A stretch of DNA of 64,000 bases from a virus: positions 32,001 to 96,000 of IMG/VR virus record IMGVR_UViG_3300027804_000047; one strand, given 5' to 3'. Each line of letters starts with the position of its first letter. The first letter of the stretch is position 1. Of this stretch, positions 38,501-46,922 are shown piece by piece. The notes under the pieces were generated by a model. That model had not been told where the DNA came from. It did no database searches and was given only the letters and a program-made list of their open reading frames with translations. Position numbers and translations under genes: made by a program.

Positions 38501-39128
38501 TAAAATTAATTCAATTCCTAAAGAAGTCACAACTAACCAAATAATAAATGAAATAAGAAATATTACTGAAAATATTACTAGATATATAACTACAATAGAT
38601 CTTGGTGGTGGTGGCAACGGCAATGGCAACGGAAACGGCAATGGAAACGGCAACGGCAATGGCAATGGAAACGGCAATGGAAACGGCAACGGCAATGGCA
38701 ATGGAAACGGCAATGGAAACGGCAACGGAAACGGCAACGGCAACGGAAACGGCAACGGTAGTGGTAACAACGGAGACTCTGGCTACTATGGTTGGGATTG
38801 GGGAAATACTGGAGAGTTGTTTGCATTTTCTAAAGGTGGCTTAGTACCAACAAAGTATTTTTCAAGTGGTGGTTTTTCTATAGGAACAGATACAGTACCA
38901 GCAATGCTTACTCCAGGAGAATTTGTAATGAGTAGATATGCAGTAGATTCTCATGGATTAGATACAATGAAGTCTATTAATAATGGAGATTCAGTTGGTG
39001 ATTCAGTGTATAATTATAGTATTAACGTTAATGTTAAATCTGATGCAAATCCTGATGAAATTGCACGGGCTGTAATGACTCAGATTAAACAGGTAGATTC
39101 AAAGAAACTTAGAGGAGCAAGAATATAA
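29505..39128 (+). CDS. Tape measure protein with internal kinase-like cargo domain
   Basis: TP901-type tape-measure core (aa ~200-480), hydrophobic segments, long coiled coils, and VPAM-x-(S/T)PGE motif twice; TTG start after gaggtg. Confidence 0.9.
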   Translation: MADVNSNININFNTADALAQLRSLQAGLSKFHQSLAEGNLAAANAQKGLNAQLAQAIGATGKFAVSQAKVASSTLAFTTALEKNKLSLKEYYRYSMAAATANTKVLGKAFAQEREIINRARRDRVKALQSQYIQMSKAQGGFIDAMRIMPKTLVMTNGRFTELGTRIQYAAQRQQFLNQLLKQGSTQLLNFGKNTQWAGRQLMVGLTIPLSMLGGYASKAFRELEQATLKFRRVYGDAFTNDAEVESAVANIRRLAEEFTKYGVAVKDTVDMAATAAAAGFQGRALEEQVKTATKLAVLGQVEQQQALETTISLQNAFGLSTDQLAEKINFLNAVENQTVLSIEDLTIAIPKAAPVVKQLGGSVEDLAFFLTAMKEGGINASEGANALKSGLASLINPTEKATKFLAEMGINLKGIVEANKGDVKATVVGFARALDTLAPLERARAIEQLFGKFQFARLSTLFQNVSKDGTQASRALDLAGSAIEELAVLSEREMKKVEDSVGTKFQAAVEQFKQDIMPLGKAFLEAVTPIVKFFGGLFEKFNNLSDQTKKVVAIIVGVVAGIGPVLLMTFGLLANGLANLIKLFATIRGGMAKLNGQTNVLGAGFDYVTQQQLEQQAASQALHNTHTRLVEVFNVERTAAMQLASAYGMLSSQMKNMAAQNPALFAGGMQGAAGSVSKLPKGPMKFADGIISVPGPKGAGDVVPAMVSPGEAIIPTKTSEKYRGLITAMFQDKVPGFAGGRLPWGTSHPVRQSGAVDIGMPKKIADVTQSRMIADQIDKAVKSSRFAETKPTNFGTLMQPFSGRSFPIRGVGGVYRKPDGSLVVVKPTMDEKTALAEVRATEIAREAHGLIAPKQTIKTMIDPTDPSGQRKLIVLESPYDPRIAAGAGKFNKKDMISQLVASLLRADKDLSQSNVSGKVLADVGNAGVFDRASGFRDFAKALPSMEEQAMINLLGIKGGAKKFFAQETSGLAANMTPKQYHDAIIKEIDKVLPKLKETIGKFDLNPAEKLVYNDMIKRLEAGKAVDWSKFQGIHANAGQSVKKLIEGQGGTNYQDVIEKQVGKFALGTFDELKNDPSSRTQIDTLVKRLAKDAVDEIEVLKNTNPKQHELVTSLLTKKGITPSNMTQHQLLKYIEDEMVYKDGRYYDKKSIESGANVASAGKTYSEVRDKLLYRLGAVERGGAFSDQRKMNVSKLRFDMSPTGKQSGGWRQSIPRDSLLYKVLDSQEKEFKAANAATGKSDPLGALKESMKALGYTDKQIAQALRPELSHIAKTGESGRGTEKWLKGQALFDLRLLNNYMNTGKRTGSILDWNEKSGNPLRLTPDQIKEFRNSATYMSGQNHPTTEAQVKLVRAATQLDIIAEDFLKTQPKKPAGFPSLGEVRQSRAVAQLIDSRLGTEYYSQWRPQFNLGSGATKGTNVLVNPNKEYMVDTVTGKITKLTTANTSSKPSGAVADTGKATDRRVATETATRRVATAPQARAFGRQFAMVGRDQGDPNLSKAARGRITKAIQDEQRLLRSKNRFTEKEIRDSLERLRKRKTAEELAAASARKKAELERQEIKNRQTAQLTEKERAKQDKRDIKARRQEKVGRFSGGASMALGTAGMAAMMAGNTGAGMGLMGASAVAGMAPMLAGMGPVGWISTAAIAVGGSLFALNKSFENSAKKQAEYVDSISSTTAKMDQIGQITNKVGASRAMEEVRKKGVFGAYNDVERAGTGFGDTFLTSQVGKSMVTGFVDQMKQYGSKTAAKDFALQLSSYVSDGVLDASQAASIADQIGIQLGSRKYTAEIMGDLREIIGPNGEDLSTDPLQVRLEIIKAAGERSNTLLKSLGAAESKGLTGKTESAQLAAFGINNVQIAKAQVDATEWQYKKQIQLLQKELESTTNAEKLLSIKTKIANLESKMASDVKLANKEIVKQIDKETKIFETRIRQSQVGIFSGAKEDAYFDALKSKVKDAFKGTEFETMASDTLSRLAKLSDLTVNPFDGGKTKGGFENAQKAQSFEVQMQMLLGNKIINPEQMNTFMAMFEGRLPELGTTLKVGIEKQGADATIEMLEYFSGFENQGKAVEISTKLINGDPKTFKEVGEAMAQLRVLDGHEVNMEAYITTVGYDGLVKLSKDLAKIEAMPDKLDKQLILDYFTTGNGAGMKGMTQDNLKVLFAQWADFDKLPDKAQKEAISKFTTIYQTIFADEASRKKYAEEQADAAARESGFRGRTAAAYKKKRYDEIMAGTLSEAQAREAARATKTYIGENGELITKPGGAVGDTPGAGTKEDPYEELLRRLKNVRNAAINAAGGIKELNKALSDKGLKSVKDKYQGIEQQLNKMGYSRQYADYLMGLSQKDQDKLFKVTSEKITKGKNKGRFKDPFTGKAMPKGTKAGDLVLSAEGKLRAQAFDAAIIGEFNTAAGKTLTIFNEQETVRRKLAALGYDQTAIERILSDEYTTQLIYNGKITDQDLKTNAALNNQVVLREKINNLISRGLKAQQEAANVKQIPKVLEFFQKMSKEGLSLSSGAMLDMIGDPESLEAAIAAMNDYESNAEGARDRLKEIVDGLNAIKANSNIKLIMDFVSKNPAEKAQAGFEAAKRVMEVRRNIYSNMTVGELPGIRTADRKAKDGTLISGKNIGSQAIANVAARYQAAGVAIPTITPGATLKGIQTKRADLAKTMQIGQQALSSLQASYNAKQDALNNAQDNLEKALDAANDKYDNLIDAQENIIKGLEEKIKIDYEDKITALNKESDKLNNDLAIMDHAADKINEKYDKQVEALQKISDINQQIAESQSQQLDLADALSQGDIAAAARAAQEMRASSSANALDASMQSIEKARKTEIDALRGSETGMTRQQIAERQFQISQQIYKLETDPKRLELEKQIEAAKTEITRLEKEREVAIKNINAEHDAMIAKLKSELENINQQVTAQQNILTSLEKQDAELASQETYMQSIVDEAVALDDSTGMTLEKWEETVDKLIDIEQLAEDYAISLAAAEASAAATDASWQGILDKINSIPKEVTTNQIINEIRNITENITRYITTIDLGGGGNGNGNGNGNGNGNGNGNGNGNGNGNGNGNGNGNGNGNGNGNGNGNGNGSGNNGDSGYYGWDWGNTGELFAFSKGGLVPTKYFSSGGFSIGTDTVPAMLTPGEFVMSRYAVDSHGLDTMKSINNGDSVGDSVYNYSINVNVKSDANPDEIARAVMTQIKQVDSKKLRGARI
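38613..38756 (+). repeat. (Gly-Asn)24 coding microsatellite in tape measure C-terminus
   Basis: 24 hexamers GG(C/A)AA(C/T) with a 36-bp higher-order period. Confidence 0.95.
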
Positions 39129-39784
39129 TGTCAACAGCACCATATATGGCAGGTAGAAAAAAATATCAACGCCCTCAAGCAATGCTATGGTCAGAAAATT
39201 CTGGAACGTTAGTGTCAGGATCATACGTCCCTAATGGATTAGAAATAGGGCAAGATCCAGGATCAGAAACGGATGAGTCAAAATATAATCAATTTTTAAT
39301 ATTATCTGATGATAACAGGTCCCCTTTAAATTTTACAAATGCAAGAATTGAAACAAGAGAAAGAATGATTAATGGAAGAATGAGGTCTTATCATATTGCT
39401 GATAAATTAGTATTATCAACCTCATGGGACATGTTGCCATCAAGATCGTATTTTACTGTACCAGAATTTAATCCAACAACTGGAATATCACCGAATAATG
39501 GTTTTGGAAGTCCTGTCGGTGCAGATTTACAGTACACAACTGACGGCGGTGCTGGAGGAGTAGAGGTATTAGATTGGTATGAAAATCATCAAGGTCCGTT
39601 TTGGGTTTATTTAGCATATGACAAATATTCTAATTTTGGAAAAGAGTCAGACGCATATGCACACTTACCACAATATAATCAATTAATTCAAATGTATTTT
39701 TCTGATTTTAATTATAGTGTTGTTAAACGTGGCGGTAGCAATTTTGATTTTTGGAATATATCTGTAACACTGGAAGAGGTATAA
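39128..39784 (+). CDS. Distal tail protein (putative)
   Basis: Directly after tape measure; RERMINGRMRSYHIADK...WNISVTLEEV. Confidence 0.65.
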   Translation: MSTAPYMAGRKKYQRPQAMLWSENSGTLVSGSYVPNGLEIGQDPGSETDESKYNQFLILSDDNRSPLNFTNARIETRERMINGRMRSYHIADKLVLSTSWDMLPSRSYFTVPEFNPTTGISPNNGFGSPVGADLQYTTDGGAGGVEVLDWYENHQGPFWVYLAYDKYSNFGKESDAYAHLPQYNQLIQMYFSDFNYSVVKRGGSNFDFWNISVTLEEV

Positions 39785-42700
39785 TGTTTCAAAATCAAGA
39801 CCTTAAATCATTTTTAGAAACCTCACCTACGGTAAGGTCTCAGTCTGCAATCATAGCAGAATGGAATATGAATTTTGCAAATAATATTTTTAGAATTGGA
39901 AATTATAGATACAGACCTTCTGCAGAAACAACTGATAAATATAAAATCATACCAAATAGTTTTGATATAAACGACATTGGAAATTTTTATACTGGCGCTA
40001 CTAATTCAGATATTATTGTTGATGGAGGAATTAGTCCATCAGACAATGAAGAGCCATGGTTTTTATTAGAACAAAATAAAAAATCTTCAATGTTATATTC
40101 TCTTGAAGATTGTTTTAAAAAATTTAGACCAAGGTCTGGAATAAATAAGGCTGCATATTTTCCAGGAAGAAAATTACATCATTCTAATATGAATATGTCA
40201 AATCGTCCAAGATATTACATGGCAGACAAAAATGATACTTTTAAATACTGGACATCTTTTAGATTAGACGCTGGAGTTCTTAGGGGGATAGCAAATAAAT
40301 TTATTAATGGGCAACACTTTATTGATGATGCTGCTCCTTTTATAGTATATGACAATCCAGTTCCAGCGAATAGAATAATAGTAAAAATGCAAACAAATGT
40401 TGGATCAGTAGATTTAGGTCCATTTTCAAATTCTTCTGGGTCTTTTCCAGATCCACTATATGGAGATTTAAATAAAACAACTCCAGTAAAATGGAAAATA
40501 CAGTCATTGCAAAATAATAATTGGGTAGATATTGTTAGTTTTAATTCTGGTAGTACTAGAAGAAATGGTTTACCTGTAATTAATAACGATGGCTATGTTG
40601 AGATATCATATGGGTTAAAGGTTCCAGAAAAATATCGAGATGTTTTTGTTCGTGCAGAAGAATATACGGATGAATCTTTTAAGCCAGAACGTTCCATTAA
40701 TGGATATGCATATTTAATTAAAGCAAACGAATATGATTTGGGCAGATACCATATATGGTTTAACAATCAATGGGAGACTTTTATACCAGAATATGGATGG
40801 GTTTTAGAAGAAGAGACTGTTGATCGTCTTACTAACTTTGTTACAGATTTTGTTGATCCCGCTAAATTTACATCTCCTACAGATGGATTAAGCACATACT
40901 GCGAGTTTGAGTTTATTAAAGGCTTAAGAATAGTCGTAGATACAATGAACAAAATAGATTCTACCTTTGATTTGATAGAACTATCACCAAGACTTGTTGC
41001 TGATATTTCAGACAAGGCTGTATCTTTTAATGTTTCTAAAACAGCATCAGATTTAGGAACTAGCGGTCTTCCAGTAGGGCAGTTGCTTGCATCAAATGGA
41101 ACATTAACTATATTTGATTATGATAATTCTTTTAATGAAAATAATTCATTAAGCATTATTAATGAATATATTTCAAACAATATACAAATAAAATTTTATG
41201 ACATAATTGTAAACGTTAATGGGTATGATTATTTTGTTCCTATCAAAACAATGTATTCAGAAGGCTTTCCATCATTTTCTCATTCTGATAGAAAAGTAGA
41301 GTTAAGGCTAAGAGATTTATATTTTTATTTTGAATCAATCAAAGCACCAGAAATGTTGGTCACTAATGTTTCTTTAAGTTATGCAGTATCATTATTACTG
41401 GACTCTATTGGATTTTCAAATTATGTTTTTAAAAGAGTAGAAAACGAAAAAGAATTAATAATCCCATTTTTCTACATACCACCAGACAAAACAGTGGCAG
41501 AGGTTTTAAATGACCTAGCAGTTTCTACACAAACGGCTATGTTCTTTGATGAGTACAATAATTTTGTAATGATAAGCAAAAATTATATGCTTCCATCAAG
41601 TTCAGAAAGAAGTGTTGATTTTACTCTTTATGGCTCAAAAGATTTATCTCATATTGGAGTAAGAGAAAATGTAAATGTAAATGAAAAGTTATCTAATATT
41701 ATTGAAATATCTTCTGAAGAAAGAAACATCTATAATGATGGGGTAATTAACTATGACACAAGATATATCCAAAGGTCGTACGGTAGTATAAAGCAAGCAT
41801 CAATGATTGATAATGAGGTTGCTGCAAAAAACTGGATATACAAGCCTTCACTCCTATGGGAAATTACTGGAGATAAAAATGTAAGGTCTATTAATAATGA
41901 AGTATCTGATCAATCTTCTTATAACCTAGCAGCCATTCCATTAAACTCTAACTTATCAGCAGATTTGCCTACTGTAGTTAACAACAGACTTGTAAATAAC
42001 ATAATAGATTTAGGAGAAGCAGTATATTGGCTTGGCAGATACAACGGATATTTTTATGCAAATGGTGAAATAATTAAATTTGATGCTGTTCAATACAGTA
42101 TACCTGGAGCACAAAAAAATATATTAAGAGAAGAGTCAAATGGAAAATTTTCATATACTACAGAAACAGCAGGGGCCGTTGGAAATGTTTGGATTAGTAG
42201 TAATCAAGAATATCAAGACTATATGTCTAAATTAACATTTAATGGAAAAATGTATCCAACTGGATTGGTAAGGATATACTCAGAACCAAAATATGAAACT
42301 ATTAATGACGTAACGGTAATGAAAAATGGCGAGGTGTCACGTCATGGAAGAGGTCAATTTGGAACAAAAATAATTTCACATGATTCTGGACTTAATTCTT
42401 ATTGGAATAATAACTCTTATGTTCGTGGATGCGATATGCAAAGCATACACCTTTTTGGATTGACTTCAGGAGATGTCTTAGATAATTCTGCTATTCAGTC
42501 TAAGTCATTAGGAACAACTATTCCTGCAGGCCCTAATTCATCAAGAGCAAAAGAAAATATTAGAACTGGAATAATTAAAAACTTTTTATCACACTCTTAT
42601 GTAAATGAATCTGAAAAAAATACTAATAAATCTACTCAGGCAGGATCTGTTCAGTCATCTGCTTTAGTAATGAGTGGACCATCTTTTAGCAGTATAGAGT

Positions 42701-44181
42701 CACCAATAAACTTTATTTCATATCAGTACAAACCGCTAGATAATAAGTATAAGCATTTTGGAACAAGGATGCGTGTTATTGGAAAGGTTGAAATTAGCGA
42801 AACAAAAGAACAAACTCCAGTAGGCTCTGTTCCATATTATGTATTATCTGGAACACAACCAAACCAACAATTAAATATCTCTGGTGGTTCTGGAGGTCTT
42901 GCTGTAATGATAAACCCAGAAACCAATGTCGGTTATTATTTTGAAATTGTTGCTTTAACAGAAAAAAATATTAGTCAATATTCTTCAGATGTAGATAATC
43001 TTCACAATATTATTTTTTATAAAGTTTATTCAGATCCAACAGGAAAAGCGATACCAATAAAACTTTGGGGCGGGTTAAGTAACATTATTGTAGACGATGG
43101 TAAGTTTACTGGGCAAGCACGTATGATAGGAGAACAAAATCCTACTGTTTATGATTTAGCAGTAGAATATCAAGATATAGGGTCTTCTCGTAGATTTTAT
43201 TTATATATAAATAATAACTTAGTAAAGGTAGTTGACGACTCCTCTCCATTGCCAATATACAATAATCTTGCACTATTTGTTCGTGGGGGAAGCAAGTGTA
43301 TGTTTGAAAATGTATATGCTCTTGCTAATAACTATAGCCAAAATACTTCGTTTTCGTTAGAGACACCAGTATCTGCTGCTTTTGGAGATGAACATATAAC
43401 TGCCAATGAATCCTTTAGAAAGTATGCAATGTCTGGTATTGTACAATCTACATATTTATCTGGAATCAATACAAGTCAGCCACCAAGTTTTAATATTTAT
43501 TTTGATGAGTTTGGAACCATTATGAGAGAAGCAGCATATCTAAAGGTAAGGTATGACAAAGCCTATCCAGCATTATATGCACAACTTTCTCCAACATTTA
43601 ATAGAATTAAAGGATACACGACTTCTGGATTTAAAGCAGGTTCATACGGTGCTGAATTTTTAATTTTTAATTCAACTGATACATCAATTAATCTTGATGA
43701 GTCTAGCGGAAACTATTTAAGAATACAAGGTATAGCATTTACACAAGAATCTAATAGTCAGTTGAGTGTTGACTCATACTTTGCAAAAAATACTAACTTT
43801 TCAGATCCAATGATAGGAAAAGATGGTTTAATTGTTTCTCCATTTAGACTTGCATTAGATTATGATAAAATAAAAACAAGCAGGCTGACGTATGGCAAAA
43901 AAGAATTTTCTTTAGATCCAACATATGTTCAGTCTAATGACGATGCTAATGAACTAATGGGATGGATAATTAATAAAATACTTAGACCACGTAAAAATGT
44001 AGGTGTTAAGATTTTTTCAATGCCAATACTTCAATTGGGAGATATTGTCAATATAGAATATAAAGACGAACTTGGAAATGATATAATAGAATCAGAAGAT
44101 AAAAGATTTGTTGTATATCATATAGAATATAATAAAGATGCAGACGGACCAGAAATGACCGTTTACTTAAGTGAGGTTTAA
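39784..44181 (+). CDS. Large minor tail / hub protein
   Basis: Position; AEVLNDLAVSTQTAMFFDEYNNFV and C-terminal PILQLGDIVNI hub-like motifs; ATG 39784 coupled to the previous stop. Confidence 0.7.
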   Translation: MFQNQDLKSFLETSPTVRSQSAIIAEWNMNFANNIFRIGNYRYRPSAETTDKYKIIPNSFDINDIGNFYTGATNSDIIVDGGISPSDNEEPWFLLEQNKKSSMLYSLEDCFKKFRPRSGINKAAYFPGRKLHHSNMNMSNRPRYYMADKNDTFKYWTSFRLDAGVLRGIANKFINGQHFIDDAAPFIVYDNPVPANRIIVKMQTNVGSVDLGPFSNSSGSFPDPLYGDLNKTTPVKWKIQSLQNNNWVDIVSFNSGSTRRNGLPVINNDGYVEISYGLKVPEKYRDVFVRAEEYTDESFKPERSINGYAYLIKANEYDLGRYHIWFNNQWETFIPEYGWVLEEETVDRLTNFVTDFVDPAKFTSPTDGLSTYCEFEFIKGLRIVVDTMNKIDSTFDLIELSPRLVADISDKAVSFNVSKTASDLGTSGLPVGQLLASNGTLTIFDYDNSFNENNSLSIINEYISNNIQIKFYDIIVNVNGYDYFVPIKTMYSEGFPSFSHSDRKVELRLRDLYFYFESIKAPEMLVTNVSLSYAVSLLLDSIGFSNYVFKRVENEKELIIPFFYIPPDKTVAEVLNDLAVSTQTAMFFDEYNNFVMISKNYMLPSSSERSVDFTLYGSKDLSHIGVRENVNVNEKLSNIIEISSEERNIYNDGVINYDTRYIQRSYGSIKQASMIDNEVAAKNWIYKPSLLWEITGDKNVRSINNEVSDQSSYNLAAIPLNSNLSADLPTVVNNRLVNNIIDLGEAVYWLGRYNGYFYANGEIIKFDAVQYSIPGAQKNILREESNGKFSYTTETAGAVGNVWISSNQEYQDYMSKLTFNGKMYPTGLVRIYSEPKYETINDVTVMKNGEVSRHGRGQFGTKIISHDSGLNSYWNNNSYVRGCDMQSIHLFGLTSGDVLDNSAIQSKSLGTTIPAGPNSSRAKENIRTGIIKNFLSHSYVNESEKNTNKSTQAGSVQSSALVMSGPSFSSIESPINFISYQYKPLDNKYKHFGTRMRVIGKVEISETKEQTPVGSVPYYVLSGTQPNQQLNISGGSGGLAVMINPETNVGYYFEIVALTEKNISQYSSDVDNLHNIIFYKVYSDPTGKAIPIKLWGGLSNIIVDDGKFTGQARMIGEQNPTVYDLAVEYQDIGSSRRFYLYINNNLVKVVDDSSPLPIYNNLALFVRGGSKCMFENVYALANNYSQNTSFSLETPVSAAFGDEHITANESFRKYAMSGIVQSTYLSGINTSQPPSFNIYFDEFGTIMREAAYLKVRYDKAYPALYAQLSPTFNRIKGYTTSGFKAGSYGAEFLIFNSTDTSINLDESSGNYLRIQGIAFTQESNSQLSVDSYFAKNTNFSDPMIGKDGLIVSPFRLALDYDKIKTSRLTYGKKEFSLDPTYVQSNDDANELMGWIINKILRPRKNVGVKIFSMPILQLGDIVNIEYKDELGNDIIESEDKRFVVYHIEYNKDADGPEMTVYLSEV

Positions 44182-44182
44182 A

Positions 44183-44686
44183 ATGTCAACAGTAAATAGT
44201 ACTCCAAACTTACCATCATCTAGCCCAAATCCAGGAACAAATAATCCAAGCGTTGTTGCAGCAACACCAGATATTATTTTATTTAATGATGAATCTACGC
44301 CAATAGAAATAATGACAGATCTTATATTTGAAAATATAGGTGGTCAAGAATTAATTAATATAATAAGATCAGATATAATTAATGGACAAAATGTAATATA
44401 TCAACCTATTAAAAATCTAACTAATTTATTTTTTCAGTATAACCCTCAAAATATTTTAGCACTTCAAGATACTGATTCAAATTATTTTAAAAAATTTCCT
44501 ATAAATTTTTCAAACAAAGTTCCAGAATGTGGCACAGGTCCTGACTGCTCAAAGGTTTATATAGATCCAGACACTGGAGATCTCGTAATTAATGTAATTA
44601 ATCTAGCAAGAGATGAGCAGGTAGAGATATCCATAGTTTCTGACGGAGAAGTATTAGATGATACAATATACGAGGTGAATCCATGA
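44183..44686 (+). CDS. Minor tail protein (putative)
   Basis: gagg RBS before ATG 44183; tail-tip operon context. Confidence 0.55.
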   Translation: MSTVNSTPNLPSSSPNPGTNNPSVVAATPDIILFNDESTPIEIMTDLIFENIGGQELINIIRSDIINGQNVIYQPIKNLTNLFFQYNPQNILALQDTDSNYFKKFPINFSNKVPECGTGPDCSKVYIDPDTGDLVINVINLARDEQVEISIVSDGEVLDDTIYEVNP

Positions 44687-45834
44687 TTACAAATATAGGT
44701 AAAGGCATTTTAGCAAAGTATCTTATTGGCCAGGCTCCAGCCTATGCCTCTTATGTTGCCATTGGTTGCGGTGCAAAACCGCTTGCAACAAACCAGTCTT
44801 TTGCAGATTATTCTGATAAAAAATCTTTAGATTTTGAAATGTTCAGAGTACCAGTTACATCACGAGGTTATGTAAATGAAGACGGCATCGATAAGATTGT
44901 GCTAACAGCAGAACTTCCAACAGATGAAAGATATGAAATATCAGAAGTTGGGATATATTCTGCTGGAGCAAATCCATCTGCAGGAGCATATGATAGTCGT
45001 TCTTTATTTGCATTCACAGTAAATGAAAACTGGGAATATCATAGACAGGATGGCGGTGCAGGTTCTCTAGAAGTAAAATATTCACGACTAGATGATTCAG
45101 ATAATGATAATATCATTAATGATTTTAATCAAACTATCGGTGACCAAACATTTGTTGCCAAAGTTTTTCAGACAAACTCTGATAATTTATCATTTACAAA
45201 TGGAGACAGGCTCTCAAGATATGAGAGGGCACGTTTTTATAACAATATAGTTATGGCAAGAGGCGACGTTTCAAATCTTACAGTATCAGGCGGACACCTT
45301 GAGATTGGATCAAATTCAAATCATATACACCTACTTGGAACTTCTTTAGATTTTAATAAGAACTCACCAACCGATGAGATTAAGTTGGCTTTTAGTATTA
45401 TCAATAAAGACCCAGATCCAGCCATTGTTCCAGATGCAGTTAGAATATTATTAGAGTTTGGCGAAAGCGATACCCCAGGAGTTGGAGAGTGGGCAAGGTT
45501 TGAAGTTATTATGTCTAATGAAGATTATGATTTTGCAAACAATAGATATTATGTTATAACAAAGCAGTTACAGGAACTACATAAGAGCATTGGGTTTACA
45601 TGGAACAATGTTAGCATCATAAAGATTTATGCAACTGTTATTAATAATGAATTGCCATCAACCGATTTTTATGTAGGTCTAGACGCAGTAAGGTTTGAAA
45701 ATGTATCTACAACAAATCCAATATACGGCCTTACTGGGTATACTGTTATTAAAAATACCAATGCAGAAACAATTATTAAGGCAGCAAACACTACAAACTA
45801 TATTGAGTTTAGATTTGCAATGGATGTACAGTAA
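44683..45834 (+). CDS. Minor tail / baseplate protein
   Basis: MITNIGKGILAKYL...YVAIGCG...LDFEMFRVP...ISEVGIYS pattern typical of tail-fibre-attachment domains. Confidence 0.6.
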   Translation: MITNIGKGILAKYLIGQAPAYASYVAIGCGAKPLATNQSFADYSDKKSLDFEMFRVPVTSRGYVNEDGIDKIVLTAELPTDERYEISEVGIYSAGANPSAGAYDSRSLFAFTVNENWEYHRQDGGAGSLEVKYSRLDDSDNDNIINDFNQTIGDQTFVAKVFQTNSDNLSFTNGDRLSRYERARFYNNIVMARGDVSNLTVSGGHLEIGSNSNHIHLLGTSLDFNKNSPTDEIKLAFSIINKDPDPAIVPDAVRILLEFGESDTPGVGEWARFEVIMSNEDYDFANNRYYVITKQLQELHKSIGFTWNNVSIIKIYATVINNELPSTDFYVGLDAVRFENVSTTNPIYGLTGYTVIKNTNAETIIKAANTTNYIEFRFAMDVQ

Positions 45835-46274
45835 TGGCAACACCAGATTTAGGCATAAAAAAAGTTATTATTCCAAAATCTAAACTGCCTGGATTTTTTG
45901 GGGAAAATAGAAAATACATTTTAAGATATAGATTTATATCAGAAGACAAGAATAGAACATCGCATTGGTCTCCAGCATATAAAATTATTGCTGAAGACAC
46001 TCCTTCAGAAATATTGAATAGTATGATAATTGATACCGATAATAAAGTTATTAACTTAGCATGGCAACCACAAACAAACGTTGAAGAATATTTTATATAT
46101 GTAAAATGGAATAACAGTGGATGGCAATATTATACTAAGACATCACAAACTAACTACTCTATAGTTTATGATGCAGCCAAAACATATGTTCATATTGCAG
46201 TACAAGTAAAAACAATACCACTAGAAAGATTTGCCGATGCAATATTGTTTGAAAATGAAGGCAGTCTGGTATAA
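45834..46274 (+). CDS. Minor tail protein, FN3-like (putative)
   Basis: YILRYRFISEDKNRTSHWSP and INLAWQP beta-sandwich pattern; coupled. Confidence 0.5.
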   Translation: MATPDLGIKKVIIPKSKLPGFFGENRKYILRYRFISEDKNRTSHWSPAYKIIAEDTPSEILNSMIIDTDNKVINLAWQPQTNVEEYFIYVKWNNSGWQYYTKTSQTNYSIVYDAAKTYVHIAVQVKTIPLERFADAILFENEGSLV

Positions 46275-46290
46275 TTAGACAGGAGGAATA

Positions 46291-46731
46291 ATGGCAAAAA
46301 TACCATCACCAGAACCAGGGCAACCTATAGATGTATCTTATATAGATCAGATAGTTCGTGCTATTAACGATCTTTCTGTTCAGATATCACCAGCAATTTA
46401 TAAATATGTTACAGTTGATGTTCCTAAGTTTACATCTCAGAGCGCTAAAATATCTGAGACCAGAGTAATTGGAGGATATGTTGACGTCTTTAAAGGAATA
46501 CAAAGCGTTGGTGGGCAAAAAGATTTTTATTATCAGTTTCAACCAGAATTTAAATATCCACCAATTGTTGTAGCAACCCCAGTTAATATCAATGGAACAG
46601 AAGCAGGTAAAACAGTAACTGTTGTTTTAAAAGAGCCAAGCACTTCTAGGGTTGATGGAACAGTAAATTTTAACTCTGCTGGAGACGTTTCTATCGGTGT
46701 TAACTTAGTTATTATTGGCATTCCTAATTAA
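46291..46731 (+). CDS. Tail-tip associated protein (H-type lectin/gp53-like beta domain possible)
   Basis: F...FKYPPIVVATP...VNLVIIG motif; aggagg RBS. Confidence 0.5.
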   Translation: MAKIPSPEPGQPIDVSYIDQIVRAINDLSVQISPAIYKYVTVDVPKFTSQSAKISETRVIGGYVDVFKGIQSVGGQKDFYYQFQPEFKYPPIVVATPVNINGTEAGKTVTVVLKEPSTSRVDGTVNFNSAGDVSIGVNLVIIGIPN

Positions 46732-46922
46732 TGATCAAATGCAAAAAATGTTCAAGAAAGATGCTAATAGACAGAGTTTACAACTCAGTGTCTCATTTAG
46801 AAATTTATTGCTTATTGTGTGGATCAAGAGTTTTTTTCCATCCACCATCTGATTCGAAGGAAGGAAGATGGCTACTAGAAAAGGAAATAGAACGAGCGAA
46901 GAATACAATGTCGCTGCTGTGA
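46731..46922 (+). CDS. Small zinc-ribbon protein
   Basis: CKKC...CLLCG. Confidence 0.65.
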   Translation: MIKCKKCSRKMLIDRVYNSVSHLEIYCLLCGSRVFFHPPSDSKEGRWLLEKEIERAKNTMSLL

